DNA of 64,000 nt from Marsupella aquatica (Eukaryota; Plantae; Marchantiophyta). Positions 63,190 to 64,000 of this stretch are shown here, one piece after another. The stretch lies in the NCBI GenBank assembly GCA_973895155.1, contig OZ316896.1, positions 7,573,278 through 7,637,277 on the forward strand. Direction: 5' to 3'. The translations under genes and the position numbers were made by a program. How positions within the stretch are numbered: position 1 is the first letter of the stretch; every line of letters starts with the position of its first letter. The notes under the pieces were generated by a model that ran no database searches, was not told where the DNA came from, and saw only the letters and a list, made by a program, of their open reading frames with translations.

Positions 63190-63870
63190 GATATTTTTGG
63201 ATCTCTCGGATTACATTTCCGTATCTCTTGTTGACAACATTTCTCTAAGACATTTTTGGATCTCTTGTTGACGGCATCTCTCTCGGACGACATTTTTGGA
63301 TCTCTTGTTGACGACAATTTTCAAGGATGACACTTGTCGCGGATGGCAAGTTTTCGGACCGACGACTGTTTTGGGACCGACGACCGTCTTCTCTGACGAC
63401 ACTTTTCGCGCACTTCAATTCTTGTAGTCGACAGTTTTTGGGCCCACGACCGTTTGCGGACCTTTTGCGGAAGATATAGTTCGGGCATTGTCGTGATTTT
63501 CTCTTAAGTTATAAAAACATTGTTTGTTTTAATATGTTATAGATTATATAAGTAGTTTAGTAGTTAGATTATTAAATTTAGACTTTATTAACTTCTTTAG
63601 CTATATTAACGGACTACAGTAGTTTCACCAATACATATGAGTAGTTCTACCAACGCACAATAGTTCTGCCAACGCACAGTAGGTCCACTAACGCATACTA
63701 GTTCCACCAACGCATACTAGTTCCACCAACGCATAGTAGTTCCACCAACGCATAGTAGGACCACCAAAGCACAGTAGTTCCACCAACGCATAGTAGGTCC
63801 ACCAATGCACAGTAGTTCCACCAACGCATGGTAGTTCCACCTACTAAAAGTAGTTTCACCAACTATGAAC
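63190..63870. repeat. Short tandem repeats: CATTTTTGGATCTCTTGTTGAC and GACCGACGAC types, then about 12 x 19-bp TAGTTCCACCAACGCA(T/C)AG
   Basis: Directly visible periodicity. Confidence 0.9.
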
Positions 63871-64000
63871 AGTACTAGCACACTCTTAGGTATTTGATGC
63901 TTGCCACTTGGCCTTCATCCAAGTGCTTGGGCTTGATCCATGCCCTCTTGGTGTGCACTATAAATAATTAAAGTGGTGAGGGGCACTCTCCCCTCATTTC

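Noticed and set aside
63620-63870. 19-bp repeats as a CRISPR array
   Set aside because: Head-to-tail units with no spacers.

Overview
Eukaryotic, intron-containing DNA from a plant, plausibly a seedless plant such as a liverwort (inference). The window is almost entirely nested DNA transposons and contains no intact host gene. From left to right: (1) a minus-strand CACTA/EnSpm element (TnpA-like and TnpD genes) with adjacent ORFs encoding a tandem BRCT protein and an EDM2-like PHD-finger protein; (2) a degenerate middle zone with an RPL18a exon remnant, a possible LINE remnant and an LTR-like segment; (3) a second CACTA whose right TIR (ends 26098) cuts into a gene; (4) a MULE/SWIM transposase gene split by a complete 13.4-kb TIR element (33155-46521, best-fit 4-bp TSD) that encodes a DUF7869/Sola1-like transposase, a ParB-like + DNA-amino-methyltransferase-like protein and an FCP1/NIF phosphatase; (5) a second ParB-like + N4/N6-MTase-like gene, divergent from the MULE gene, with a paralog remnant at 26099-28917, itself split by a complete 10.3-kb CACTA (51569-61890, TSD TTT) that carries a SET domain. 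The main candidate novel system: two unrelated DNA-transposon types are each associated with a spliced ParB-like/beta-class MTase-like gene, and each has its own palindrome concentrated in introns and intergenic DNA (TAGCGCC-W-GGCGCTA versus TTGGACTGGGA-NNN-TCCCAGTCCAA). This suggests element-specific self-recognition or anti-silencing systems. Most genes carry stops or frameshifts. Domain calls come from motif recognition only, not database searches.
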